A stretch of DNA of 63,312 nucleotides, the filler included, from Asterionella formosa (taxonomy: Eukaryota): the NCBI GenBank assembly GCA_002256025.1. It is 11 parts of 11 records of this genome, joined end to end, with 100 filler letters (N's around TTAATTAATTAA, not from the genome) between each part and the next. Parts side by side here need not be neighbours in the genome. Positions count along the whole stretch, not along the records: positions 1 to 17,817 come from NKIB01004258.1; 10 more parts are not named here. The stretch is one strand, 5' to 3'. Both the position numbers and the translations under genes were made by a program. Shown one piece after another: positions 1-11,886 of this stretch. How positions within the stretch are numbered: position 1 is the stretch's first letter; each line of letters opens with the position of its first letter. The notes below the pieces were generated by a model that saw only the letters and a program-made list of their open reading frames with translations, did not search any database and was not told where the DNA came from.

Positions 1-865
1 GGGAACAAGCTTGCCATACTGAGGAGCTGAACAGAAGATATGCTGCTGCAAGAGAAGAAAATGTTCATCTACCTTATGAACATTACATTACTACGGGTAG
101 TAGTGTTCGGAAAAATATGATGCAGTTTGAAGGAGAAATGGAAGAGATCTAACCGTAACACATATACCTAGCTGTTAGTAAATGATAACTAATTTCGTAT
201 CTATGAAACAATGCATTTGCAGAGGATGTTATTTCTATATATCTCCAACGTCTGCGCGTCCTGCCAATATCTAATCATTACATCAATTGTTTCGACTGGT
301 GGCATCGAGTAAAACATTTGCGAGAATGAATGGATCGATGGGATAGGCCTATTGATCACAAACAGGAAGAAACATAATTTTTCGTGAGCGATACTAGCTA
401 GTACTATACTAGTACATCTAGTAGTTGCTCGTTGGCTGTATTGTTCTAGTCAAAAACTGACGAGCTTTCACCTTTTATCACTTAATTGCATCATTGAATG
501 AAAATCAAGGAGTGTCTACTACTGTACTGATGTGGTACATAAATATAAAATACTTATCATAAAAAGGCACAATGGCTGATAGTCAGCTAGCTACTAGTAG
601 AAGGAGTAACAATATGCTATTCTAACAATTCACGCTTGTAGATAAAGAATTTGGACCGGACGAAACAATTAGCAAGACCGCGCCGGTGTTTTTCTGGTAG
701 AAAGTACGTTGTTGTGGTACAACGAAAGATTCCAGGCCACGCCAGGAGTTTTGCCACACAGCAGGAGGGTCCACAAACACAAAAACTAGTATGGTGAAAA
801 AGTAAGCAATCAATGCGGCCAACAGCCAATCACCCCCTACTGGCTCTTCAGCAGCTAGATTAACA

Positions 866-1549
866 TGTTTTTGTTGTGTATCTAAATGCTAGTATGGCTT
901 GTCAGCTCACGCATTGTTGTTGATAACAGGCAGGGACAATGAGGTCCGGAATGAAAGTTGTTCTGGTAAGATTACTGCGCTGTTTTGACGGCTACATGAG
1001 CAACGCTACTGATAACTCACAATGATCTTCCTCTACATTCAATTGACATTGCAGCAAACCCTTTCAATTCAGGTGCATAATTGTTCAATAATTCAGTAGA
1101 AATACAGCAGCAGCTGGCAGCATGACAAACAGCACGCCAAGGCACAATAACAACTCATGATTTACGGAGCCCTGTTATCATATGACATAAATACAGAATC
1201 AGAAAGCAACAATACTCAATCCTGGATTTCATCCGAATGCTCCTGAAATTGAAAGGGTTTGCTGCAATGTCAATTGAATCCTAGACTCAAATAAAAGAAC
1301 TCTGCAATACAGTTGAATGGTGAGTGTGTTTTTGTTGTGTACCTAAATGCTAGTATGGCTTGTCAGCTCACGCATTGTTGTTGATAACAGGCAGGGACAA
1401 TGAGGTCCGGAATGAAAGTTGTTCTGGTAAGATTACTGCGCTGTTTTGACGTCTATATGAGCAACAACGCTACTGATAACTCACACTGATCTTCCTCTAC
1501 ATTCAATTGACATTGCAGCAAACCCTTTCAGTGCAGGAGCATTCGCATG
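866..1549. repeat. ~205-bp direct duplication (866-1073 / 1328-1537) with an inverted ~48-bp copy of its 3' end in between (1231-1279)
   Basis: Both units read TTTTTGTTGTGTAYCTAAATGCTAGTATGG...ATTCAATTGACATTGCAGCAAACCCTTTCA; 1231-1279 is the reverse complement of ATTCAATTGACATTGCAGCAAACCCTTTCAATTTCAGGAGCATTCGGAT. Confidence 0.9.
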
Positions 1550-2047
1550 CCGTTCCGAATGAGCAGGCTTTATTTCATTAATGAAACTCTGTAATTTAGT
1601 TGAATTACCTACAGTAAAATAGTTGAACAACCTTCAGAAAAATAGTGGAATGGCCTTCAGATAATTAGTTGAACAACCTTGTGATAATTAGTTGAATGAA
1701 CTCCAGAAAATTACGTAAACAAATTTTACATATTAAGTGAACTTTATTCTAGAATTATGTGAACGAAATTATAAGGCAATGTGAACTAAATTACAGAATT
1801 ACGTGAAGTATTTCAAATAATTACTTGATGTATTTCAAATAATTACGTGAAGGTGATCATGTAATATAGTGATGATCAGGAATGCATGCATGATACTCTG
1901 ATCAAATATTTAACATGATGTATTCAGATAATATATAGATATATTCAACTACGTATTTTGATGTATTCAACTAATTCATGTGATGCATTCAAAATCAACT
2001 AGGCTTATTTATGTGATGGTCACTTCACGTAATACGCGGCTTAGATG
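1550..2047 (+). mobile_element. Multi-copy non-autonomous element (Helitron-like) with internal TGAA-rich subrepeats, copy 1
   Basis: Near-identical (inverted) to 35396-35739 and 56984-57272; sharp shared terminus CACGTAATACGCGGCTTAGATG followed by T; left boundary approximate. Confidence 0.65.
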
Positions 2048-2713
2048 TAGTGGAGTGAACTGGATCCGCAATCTTGGGCGGAGGAATAGTTTGCTGAATA
2101 GGAATCAAATAATTGATTGCTAGGCTGAAATGGAGCCCTACAGAGTGGTAAGAGCAGTCAGTAGGCGCTGTGTTCTTGGGTTTGGGGGTGGTTTTGATAG
2201 GGGGAGGAGACTTTGTCAGATGTAGTAGCGGGTAAGGTGCCTTTTTTGGTGGCCGGAAAAATAGAGGGATTGGGGCTGGCTGTGGTAGATGCCTCTTTTC
2301 GAATAGCGGTGCGGACCATAAAATGATCAGGACATGATGATAAGCAGGAGAGGCAGGGGTCAGTCGAGGAGAAGGAGAAGTGAGACTGGTGATAAATGCG
2401 GGGATTGGAGAGTGGTGCGTGAAATATGCGCCAACCAATGGTTCTGCTGGTTTGGGTTTCTTTTGTAGTGTGGAGAGAGGGGTTCTGGATGATTCCATAT
2501 TCTTTGAATTCTTAAGGGCAGCGTTGGGATGAGACACTGGTGGTGAAGGGAAATGAAGTGGAAGAGCGGCAGCAAAGGAGCCCGAAACGGACATGGTGCA
2601 CAGGAGGAGGATCACAAGCAGCATGTAGGTTAGTCCGTAAACTTGGTACTAGGAGGGAATGATATGTCTATGTATGAAACCCGGAGGTGAGTTTGCTGCA
2701 TATCTGAAACTAT
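2048..2713 (-). mobile_element. Partial copy of the dispersed repeat at 11887-13300, cut by the Helitron-like element
   Basis: Reverse complement of 11887-12558 at high identity with small indels. Confidence 0.85.
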
Positions 2714-2752
2714 TTATATACATATATAATTTATAATACTATTAGTTATATC

Positions 2753-2970
2753 GGGGAATAGCTTAGTGATTGGTTATCTTACCATCCGAGGTGGCGGGTT
2801 CGATTCCCTCATTCTTCACATGCTTTGTCAATGGAGTCCGTTGGGTTCTGGGTGCTGAGGCAGACAACAAGCAGGTCCAAAACCCTCGTCTGGGGGGCCA
2901 AGTGCGACTTCAAAACCTTCACAGTTGTCAAATTCTTTAACAAAAGCGTGCAATAAAATTTACTTTAATA
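2753..2970 (+). mobile_element. tRNA-derived SINE-like element, copy 1
   Basis: Pol III A-box-like TAGCTTAGTGATTGG (2759) and B-box GGTTCGATTCC (2797); no complete cloverleaf; body and tail shared with 3618-3850 and 28256-28440. Confidence 0.6.
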
Positions 2971-3617
2971 ATTATATTGGATAGTTCTTTGTATGATAAT
3001 GCTGGCAGTTGCTTCCAAAACAATTTCAATGACTTGTACAATTAATCCTTTTAACACAGCTTTACCTTTTACCCTTTATCTAAGTTAAGTCACTATGCCG
3101 GACTTCCCACAGCGAATTTGATTTGATACTCCACCTGGTACCACCAGAACTTCTCCGCTGCGTAAATAAGCCTACCAGTGTAGCATAGCGGTATTATGTA
3201 ATTGATTCTATACTATGAATCTTATCATGAAATCTGTGAATAGACCAAGTGAAAATACTTTAATACATCAAATTGGCAGATTCAATAAATGAACTTTTTG
3301 TGATTAAAGTGCCATATTGGGTCACAATTAGTAAGAGCGACAACAATGATCAAATGGTGCAGACAATGCTGGTTGTTGTAATTTGAGCAGGGGCGGAGGA
3401 GGGGAAACTTGATGATTTTGGTGGCTATTGAAAATCTGCTGTATCCCCACATTACAGTGCCCGAAGTCACCACGTTTGTTGGGTTGATATTGGGTTGGTG
3501 ATTTTTTAATAACATCCAGGCTGGAAATGTCAGGAAGCGCTATGCGGGCTCCCTACCAGCAGCAATATACTAGTCTTACACATCTGTTAATAAATGAAAT
3601 TATTATGGGGTACTGCA

Positions 3618-3850
3618 TGGCGTAGTGGTTTGCACATTCTCTGGTGGCGGGTTCGATTCTTACATTCTCCACCTGTCTTTTCATGTAGTCCCTAGGGTTC
3701 CGGGGGTGCGGTTGACAAAACGACAGGTCCCACTGTACGATTCAGACCAATAAAACCGTTATTAGTTCTTGTTACCGTTCAAAATGTGGGCACGAGTGCG
3801 ATTATTGGATAGCTTTAACATACTATAAGATTTAATTTCAAATTTTAATG
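3618..3850 (+). mobile_element. tRNA-derived SINE-like element, copy 2
   Basis: A-box TGGCGTAGTGG, GGTGGCGGGTTCGATTC B-box context identical to copy 1, similar body (CATTCT.CAC.TG...AGTCC...GGGTTC...CAGGTCC). Confidence 0.55.
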
Positions 3851-5238
3851 AGTGTATTGTGCAAAAGCTGCTGTAATCGGCGACTTAATTATTCTTTGTC
3901 AATATTTTTTGTTATTATAATAATTTGTTTAGTACGATTGTATTTTCTAAGTCGTGCTTCTTGATATAGCTATGCACTTACGTCATTCTCAATTTTTGTG
4001 GAGATATTTGCTAGGTTCGTCATAGTCAAGGCAGAGACATCTTGATGATGGATTCTCCTACTGGTGCTCACCACAACTACACTCTAGTATTTTTATACAA
4101 AAGAATTGTATCATCTCAGCTAAATGTTTATATACCAGCGTACTCAGTTACCCTAACCATGAATCCAGCCATAGCATCACTCAATTTCCGCCACTATAAA
4201 AAATTATTGCATCATGTTACTTTCTCCATGTCTAGAAAATTGTTGGGTGTTTCATGCCACCTCAAAAAATACACTGGGGGATTCAGCAACATTTGGAGGG
4301 TGGGGGTCCACGACACTTAAGTTAACAGTAGTCTTAAATACAGCTTATGCAATTTACCAAAGGTCACAAAGGATGATGATGGGTCATGTTTTTTTCTTGG
4401 TGAATGCATATTTTCAGATATTGCCTATGGTACTACTACCTTTTCCATTTTGTCATGATTGGTAAGAGGCCGATCCTACACAATGCACTAAATAAATACA
4501 TAGTTGAGTTGAAACTCTGAAGAAGCTACTACCAGATTTTCAAAATTCCCTTTCATTTGTTGATGAATCCTGGCAGCACTTAAGAATTTTCACCAAAATG
4601 AAGAATTTTGTGTTGCAATCAAACATGAAATTTTGGCTGACTCCATTCCCTGAATAATTTGATATTATTTTAGCTGGAAGACAAAAGAGTAATCCCGCTT
4701 CTTTTTGGCAAGATTGCAATCAAATTAAACCTTTGAAGCACATAATGTTGTATGCAATATGATTTCTTTTAACTGAATACCGAAATATGGGCTATACTGC
4801 ATAAACTCTAGATTATGGCTTTGTTACTAGGTAGTACTAGTCACTTTGGATTTTATATTTAAACTTATAATATCATTCATTTCTCTTCTCAATGCGCAAT
4901 GGTACCACACCTCTGTCACTATGATTACCACTGTTTATAGTTAGATTATCAGGAACTGCCTTCATTGAGTAGATTGTTTGGTTTGGTGGTCAGTACTCAA
5001 TCATCGGTCACTCCAGGTATAACAAACAATAGCATTTTGATGCAGCTATCACAACAAAATAAAATTGTACTACGCCTACATTTTATATAAGCTAGGTGAA
5101 AAGGAAAAAAATGTTTAAATGCCATGGCAACGACGATCAATGGCACATGAGTTTGTAAAGTCGGATGTCATGTCAAGGCTGGCAGATCACTGATACAGGC
5201 TTCTACTGACCCTTTTAAGATTAGGGGCACCTTCTTTA

Positions 5239-6495
5239 TTACTCTGAATCATCACCTTGGTCATGTCTAGAATTGTCATCGTCTTCTTCTAGGACTGCTC
5301 CGCCTTGAACTTGAAACAAATATTGGAGATACTCCCATAACAGCATGTCCCATGAATTTCGTTGCATCAACAGGTTATATTCTTCACTATTCGGATGAAC
5401 ATTTGGGTGATGATTAATTGTTTGCCAAGCATAGTCCAGTAGTCTCTCTTTGCATTCTCTACCTCCTGATGCTCCAACGTGTCGGCCTTTCAAATATCTT
5501 CGAATGGATTCTGCTTTTTGTTCCAATAGACCGATCTTGGCCTTCTGTCGTAAGACATTTTTGGCGACAATCAAGTCAGTCGTTGTGAAGCCAAGTGGAG
5601 ATCTGGGTTGTCCCAGAATAGCATGCATCATCGCATTAGGTGTATGCAGTGCAGTTTGAGCCCAGTCACCAAGACTATATAGTAGGACATTAGCGTCATA
5701 GTGAGGATGACCGGGCCGGAGTGATTGCTGGTAATAGTACGTTGAGATTTGGCGTTCAATTGGATGACGTACCCATACCCACAATTCAGCTTGGAAGGAT
5801 CCTGAAAAAAGGTCAGCTGAGTCAACTATATTCTGGGTCAAGACCAATAGGTTGTGAACCTCTTTTATACCTTGATCTCGGGCTGTCTCGCGGCCAACTT
5901 TGGTGGAAAAGTCTGCAGTTACTTGCTTGACTCCAAGTTGGTGGACAATATTGAGTGATTCAACCTTTCCTCCCGTCCAGACACCTCCAAGAATCATTCC
6001 TTCGCACTGTCCCATGATTTGAGCTATCGTATTTCCTCCACTCCGTGGCAAGTACACCATGATAGGAACAGTAGTAAGTGGATTGCTATGATTGGTCGAA
6101 GTTAAATAGTTGTAGATGGTGGGCAAGGGGATCTCTGGAGCATGCGCTCCACCTTTGATGCGGTCTTGAATAGTCTTTACAGTAATTTCTCGGATCAATC
6201 CACCACTCGGTTTGTACATTGACGAATGCGAGCTTTCGTGAAGAAAACAGACGGCAAGCGCAAAGAGAAAGCAAATCGCCACCGATTGATGCTTGTTCTT
6301 CACTACTTGAGTGATGAGTTCATTTGTCCATCGGTAGAAAGTACCCGATGATCTTCTGCCACATAAAAAGCAGAAACGCAGACTAGCATTGTCGACGGTG
6401 AGCTTTATGACTGGAAACGAAGGAAGCCGGCGTCGATATCGTTCTAGGTCATAAGATGTGGGTATATATTCCAGAAGTCGAAGAATTTGTTCCAT
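5239..6495 (-). CDS. Membrane-anchored sulfotransferase-fold protein (Sulfotransfer_2 / Gal-3-O-sulfotransferase-like), 418 aa
   Basis: TM segment VAICFLFALAVCFL, 5'-PSB-like YLPRSGGNTI, 3'-PB-like VRHPIERQISTYYY, C-terminal RNSWDMLLWEY. Confidence 0.7.
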   Translation of the reverse strand: MEQILRLLEYIPTSYDLERYRRRLPSFPVIKLTVDNASLRFCFLCGRRSSGTFYRWTNELITQVVKNKHQSVAICFLFALAVCFLHESSHSSMYKPSGGLIREITVKTIQDRIKGGAHAPEIPLPTIYNYLTSTNHSNPLTTVPIMVYLPRSGGNTIAQIMGQCEGMILGGVWTGGKVESLNIVHQLGVKQVTADFSTKVGRETARDQGIKEVHNLLVLTQNIVDSADLFSGSFQAELWVWVRHPIERQISTYYYQQSLRPGHPHYDANVLLYSLGDWAQTALHTPNAMMHAILGQPRSPLGFTTTDLIVAKNVLRQKAKIGLLEQKAESIRRYLKGRHVGASGGRECKERLLDYAWQTINHHPNVHPNSEEYNLLMQRNSWDMLLWEYLQYLFQVQGGAVLEEDDDNSRHDQGDDSE

Positions 6496-7236
6496 TCTAG
6501 TTTACGGAAAGATCGGGATATGTCACTGCGTCTTGAGTTGCTTTAATTCTGCTCCTCTCTGCGGAAAAGGCGACAACAATGATAAGTTTGTTCTTGCTTC
6601 TCGTTTGACAAAGGTCACGTCATCATAATTTTGGCGAGATTCAAGAATTGGCTCAATTGTTATTGACAACAGGTTTACTGATGCATATTACCAGGTACAG
6701 GTAGTGGTAAGTAAGGACCAAAAACCTGGTACCGGTATACCGGTATGTAGAAGGACGGCTTTGTGGCGTACCCTGTCCCGGTAGTCGGGATATGAAGCAT
6801 GAGGTAAACCATCCCAACTGACTCTCAGAACCGAAAATGACCCAAAAATCCGATGATCAGATGCTACCGGTACTACTGTACTGGTATTTAATGACAAATT
6901 AGCCTGTTCCATCCCCCTGTGGACCTAAACAAAGGTTGGGTGCATAACCCTAAAAAGCGACGCTATTTATTAAACGGGAGCAAAAACCCCACGCAGAGCA
7001 AGACGTTAGTTACGTTTGGGATATTACGTGCTCACATATATCCGCATATACGCATTATCATGTGCGGGAAGGAAAGAACATTTTCAGTGGTTACCAAAAC
7101 ATAGGATTCCGTATTTACAACTCCAGAGTACTGGTACTGTTACCTGCAAGCTGCGGCACCTGGAAGCTAATTTTCCCAGACTGGCCGGCCAGATGGCAAC
7201 TGTCAGATGTGAATATCATTCCCTACGTGAACATAA

Positions 7237-9632
7237 CGGATTCTTTCCGGCTAGGCTGATTTCAGTCTAATAGACTGGATTCAGTCTGGATTGCCCCTTG
7301 ATCAATTCAATGGATATTTCATTTCTGAAAAGTTAATCTAAATCTACAGAAATGTAGGTTTCTGGAGATGTGCATGGCAATAAGCTTACAGGTTGAAAAA
7401 ATTTCAGATACATGAGAAGCCTACCAGCCGAAAAAATCTCAAAAATGTTTGTGCGGCATGGTGCGAAAACAAAAATTGACCATGGGCAAAGGTGCCATTG
7501 TTTCATGCCTATCCAAGTACATTCACCCCTCACTGTGGGTCCAAAATCATCATATGAACATTGGAAAAGGTCATCAAATTGAAGGAATGACAGTTCTGCA
7601 GAGGGAGCTAAAGAAAATTAGAGGTAAACAGGTGATGGCCATTGTGGTCACAGCTCCTGGCTGGGACTGTGGATGATGCTGATATGATTGAGCTGTAAGC
7701 TCTTGAAAAGCACTTCAAGATCATTTTTGAGGGTGATTCAGACTACTTTTACTATGGTGAAGGCGATTATGTACCTGAGGAGGCAGTAGAAGATGAAGAG
7801 ATGCCTTCCGAGCTCTTCAAACTTGTAAACATACTGGCACAATTTATGATGCTCATGACATTGCCCTTGGTGCAGCTGGATTTTTTCCAACTCAATTGAA
7901 ACGACTGTCTTCTAATTGTTCAAATTAATTTTCCTTCTGAGTTCTTGAAAGATATTGTTTTGTTTATCATCAATCTAAAGATAAAGGGCAAATCTGTTAA
8001 TTATGGTGAGCTACTCAGATGGATTGGAATATGGTTTTTAATGGCAAAACAAAGCAGGGAACAAAACGGCAAGATTTTTGGTCCGTTGCACCTACCGTTA
8101 TTTTCGACAATGCCTCATTTCGGCTAAATCACCTCATGTCTTGTGATTGATTTGATTTAACTCTTAAGGCTATAGGCTATACAAATTGGCCAGCACCTGT
8201 TTATCCGGACCGTTTTCATGAAGTAAGGGAAATGTTTGAAGCATGGAATGAAAACATGCAACATAATTTTAAGCCAGGACACATTATATGTTTAGAAAAA
8301 TCAATGTCTACATGGACAAACATGCATACCTGTCCTGGATTCATGTTTGTTCCCCAAAAGACTTGCTGTCCATTCGGAAATGAATACCACACAGTTTGCT
8401 GTGGCAATACAGGAATCATGTTTGCAATGGAAATAGTGGAGGGAAAAGATGCCCCCCAATCACGACAATATCAAGAGTTTGATGATCTTGGTGGGAAAAC
8501 TGTTGGCCTATTGCTTCGACTCTCAAAATCGATTTGGGGTTCAGCAAGGATAATCATTCTTGACAGTGAGTTTTGTGCACTAAAGGGAATTATTTAATTA
8601 AGGAAGAAGGGATTGTATGCATCAGCACTGATGAAGAAACGCCGCTTTTGGTCAAAATACATCCGAGGTGAAGGAATCAAGGCACACTTCGAAAGCCTTG
8701 AGTGTGGCTTTGCAGATGCCTGGCCAGGAAAACTAGACAACATCCCCTTCCATCCCCTTCCATATATATTGCATGAAGGAACCAGACTACATGATGTCTC
8801 TAATGTCTACGTATGGGACCTTAGAACCAATTGGCAAGGTATCAATCAGAAATTGGTTGGTACAAGGAACAAAGCGCCAAAGACAGGTTACATATACTGA
8901 GGTTATCCACAACCACTACAAGTTTTAGCATGCTGTTGACGATCATAATGCAAAGAGGCATTCCCCAATCAGTTTGGAGGTGGTATGGGCGAAGAAATGG
9001 TGGCAAAGCAAATATAGTGTTTGCATTCATCTTGTCAGTCACGGAAGTAAATGCCATGCTGGCAAATAAACACTTCTGCAAGGTGGAGGTTGATGGCATG
9101 CTCGGTTTTCCCAACCTTTTGGCAGAGGCATTGGTATGTAATCCTTATTACAAAGGAAAAGAAGATGATGAAAGAGAAGAATCTCCTCGAAGGTTGTCGA
9201 GATTGACAAAAAATGCTGAGCACAGAGTTTTCCGGCTACCCAAAGGCAATCGGTTGTGGATGCTGACAGTTCCCACCCCCAATGTACATGTGTAGACTGC
9301 AAAAGAAAAACTCGGACATGTTGTAAATGCTCCATGGGTGTCTATCGTTGTGTTGATTGTTATTTAAATCATTCCATGGAAGCAGTATTGAGTCCTTCCA
9401 GTCCAGACTGATAATGTGTCTGTGGAATTTTTCATGTTGTGACTGGCACACGACTAAATAGTATTAGTTCAAATTTCAATTCTTTGTCTGTAACATATTT
9501 AGCCTTTTTATTCAGGAGAAAAAGTACTATCTAGCGATGTATATAAAGTTAAAGGAAGGATATGTTAAGGCTTTCTTATCGGGCCGCAAAGGGAGACTGA
9601 TATCAGCCTGTCGAGCCGGAAAGAACCCCCCG
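7237..9632 (+). mobile_element. Decayed full-length piggyBac-like DNA transposon
   Basis: TIRs TTCTTTCCGGCT-AGGCTGATTTCAGTCT (7241-7268) / AGACTGATATCAGCCT....AGCCGGAAAGAA (9594-9625); ATAA on both flanks (7233-7236, 9633-9636); transposase remnant inside. Confidence 0.8.
7945..9365 (+). pseudogene. piggyBac-like (DDE_Tnp_1_7-type) transposase pseudogene
   Basis: Frameshifted fragments GELLRWIGIWFLMA, CPGFMFVP..PFGNEYHTVCC, GKTVGLLLRL, IILDSEFC, KKRRFWSKYIRG and a C-terminal Cys-rich CxxC cluster. Confidence 0.85.
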
Positions 9633-10159
9633 ATAAGATATAAAATATCAAGTCTGAACACTTAAATGCTTTCGAGTTGGCACGCTATCACTTTTGCTAT
9701 AAAAAGGATCACTTTGGCAGATTATAGCAAAATGTTTTTGATTTGGCAGATAAAGGAAACTTAACCAAAATCGAGAAATGACCCAATGACCCAAAGTAAA
9801 CTTTACTCAATTCAAGGAAAGATTCAAGCTCAGACTACAGTAGGCAGTCAATGCGTGGGCTAGTATATAAATTTTTAGCTGAGATATTACGATTTGCTTA
9901 CAAATAGAAAACGCTGTATCATACCGGTAGTCGTGGTGAGTGGCTGAAGAATCCATGATTTCGTCTCAGTCTTGACCATGAAAAAAATAGCGATTCTCTC
10001 CTCATGAACATCAAGAACGACGCTTTCCTATTTCGCACATCTATCAATCAAGACATATACAGTACGATCATAAAAGCATTATATCAAATAACACTAATAC
10101 TAACAACAAAAATTGAAGTCGCTGATGGTACATTTTTCATGTAATTTAGAAATGCAGAG

Positions 10160-11886
10160 CTTTTAAAGGGATGATGGTTCAAGCAGAAATGACACAATGC
10201 AGTAGCTGCACAGCATACAAAACTACAACTAATACAATGACATGATTTATTGAAGCTAAAGATGTGTATAACAATTATATCCATAAATGGATAGTATATG
10301 ATTGTTGGCATGATTTGGCACACATTACTAGGGTGATGGGGCTGATTTCATAATGCGACATAACTGACGCAAGTTGTCCATTCGAGATTAAAACAGTGCC
10401 CTCAAGGGTACATTGATACGACATTGTGGCTTTGTAATCACTACAACATACGCTTGCAACAATGCAACAAGCCATGGTGTACTTTGTCACAGGAAGCAAC
10501 CACTTTGTTAAAACATCAGCCAAATTCGTATTACCTGGCTCATGTTAGACACACGTAGTTTAGCTAATGTGGCAACGTTTTCGCGAACCTTGTGATGAGC
10601 AATAGAATTGTGATTCTTCTGCAAAACAGATTCTGGTCGCGAGAGCGAGACATTCTGGACCACGCTGTTATTATAACAGAAAGTATTTGTAGGAGCATCG
10701 ATAGGAATGCCAAACATTCATAATTTCTAACGAAGTGCCTCGTTGAGCTCATTTGATATCTTTAAAGCTACAAATTCGGAAACAAAAGTTTGGATTCAAC
10801 AATGTTCTGTGATTTTGTGTACCATCGAGTTGGGCTACTACTATTAATAAAAATGACAATACCAGTTGTCGAAAAAAATGCCATCCTTGCACATAAGTGT
10901 TTCTAAATGCACAAAGGGTTAGCCCAGGGAACTCGTGATTACCTTTTTTGACTAAATATGTAGCAAATCAAGATTTATTTTATCAATGATATATGACTAT
11001 TTTTGTTTACTAAATGAATATCTAAACTTATACATTGAAGTCTAATCTGTCATTTTTGTATAGCATTCGAAGGTGGTTCCGGTTCCCAGCTCCGTTTAGT
11101 GTCACCAATGGGAATGGGGAAGAAGTCAGTTCATGGTGGTGTTGCGCAACACTTTTGTGCAAGGATGGTAAGAATGGACCTTCAGTTGTTCAGTGGAATG
11201 TAGTTCAAGCTGCCTGTTGCATGTACTGCATCACAAAACATATTTATTTGCACTGCTGGCTGGTTGTCCCAGTGTTCTTGGCATGTTAGGAGGCGCAAGT
11301 TTGATAGCATCTGGGTTACATTGACTCCAATACTTGGATGTCCAGTAATATGCAGATCAATCACAGGGAAGTGGGTCAAAAAACATTTGAGAACTTAAAT
11401 GTTTCTGGATGTAAGAGAAGATTTAACCAGGGAAACAAGGTTGCCTTGTCTTGTTGCCGCCATAAATTTCTACATAATAGCTCTGGAATGAGCAAGCTCA
11501 ATTGCCCAACATAAAATTCCAATGTAACTTTTATAAAGTCTAATATCATCATCCCATCAATAAGTTAGTTTGATCCAATTCAGGATGAAAGTCAGGTGCA
11601 GCTGGGGTGCTGCTGCGAGAGTTAAAAAGGGTTTTCAAGGGACCAAAGATTCTTCAATCACAGAAATTGTTTTTTCGAGGTCAGATCCTGCTGCCATATC
11701 CATGTCGAAACCTTGGAATCTTGAAGGGTAGAAGTTCCAATTTTAGCACCTAAATACTACCGTTGGGAAGGTCCAACATTTTTCAACTGCTGGTAGGTAA
11801 AATGTTTCGTTTTGCAGTTGTTTGAGGATGACACTGGGAGCATGAGATATGTAAAGTATGTTGTCAACATGTATGAGAATATGTTC
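10160..11886 (-). mobile_element. Degenerate Ty1/copia (CoDi-type) RT-RNase H remnant with probable 3' LTR remnant
   Basis: Fragments ILIHVDNIL (YVDD), YLGAKIG, FHPELDQT, SYIGILCWAIEL, QINMFCDAVHA, MFGIPIDAPTNTFC, SIAHHKVRE, ADVLTK; PPT-like TTGAGGGCAC then TGTTTTAA at 10395; LTR far end uncertain. Confidence 0.85.
10881..11168. mobile_element. 288-bp MITE (Tc1/mariner-like) nested in the copia RNase H
   Basis: 21-bp TIR CCATCCTTGCACAWAAGTGTT, 20/21 match; right flank TA, left flank TG. Confidence 0.8.

Noticed and set aside
3..152. Open frame ending ...QFEGEMEEI* at window start
   Set aside because: Only 49 codons, no recognisable motif.
2025..2624. 199-aa Pro-rich ORF with apparent signal peptide (and 11976-12386)
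   Set aside because: Lies within a dispersed repeat; the second copy is frameshifted; the C-rich strand is naturally stop-poor.
2753..2810. tRNA genes at 2753, 3618, 27800-27860
   Set aside because: A/B boxes are present but acceptor and anticodon stems do not pair and spacing is short; treated as SINE heads.
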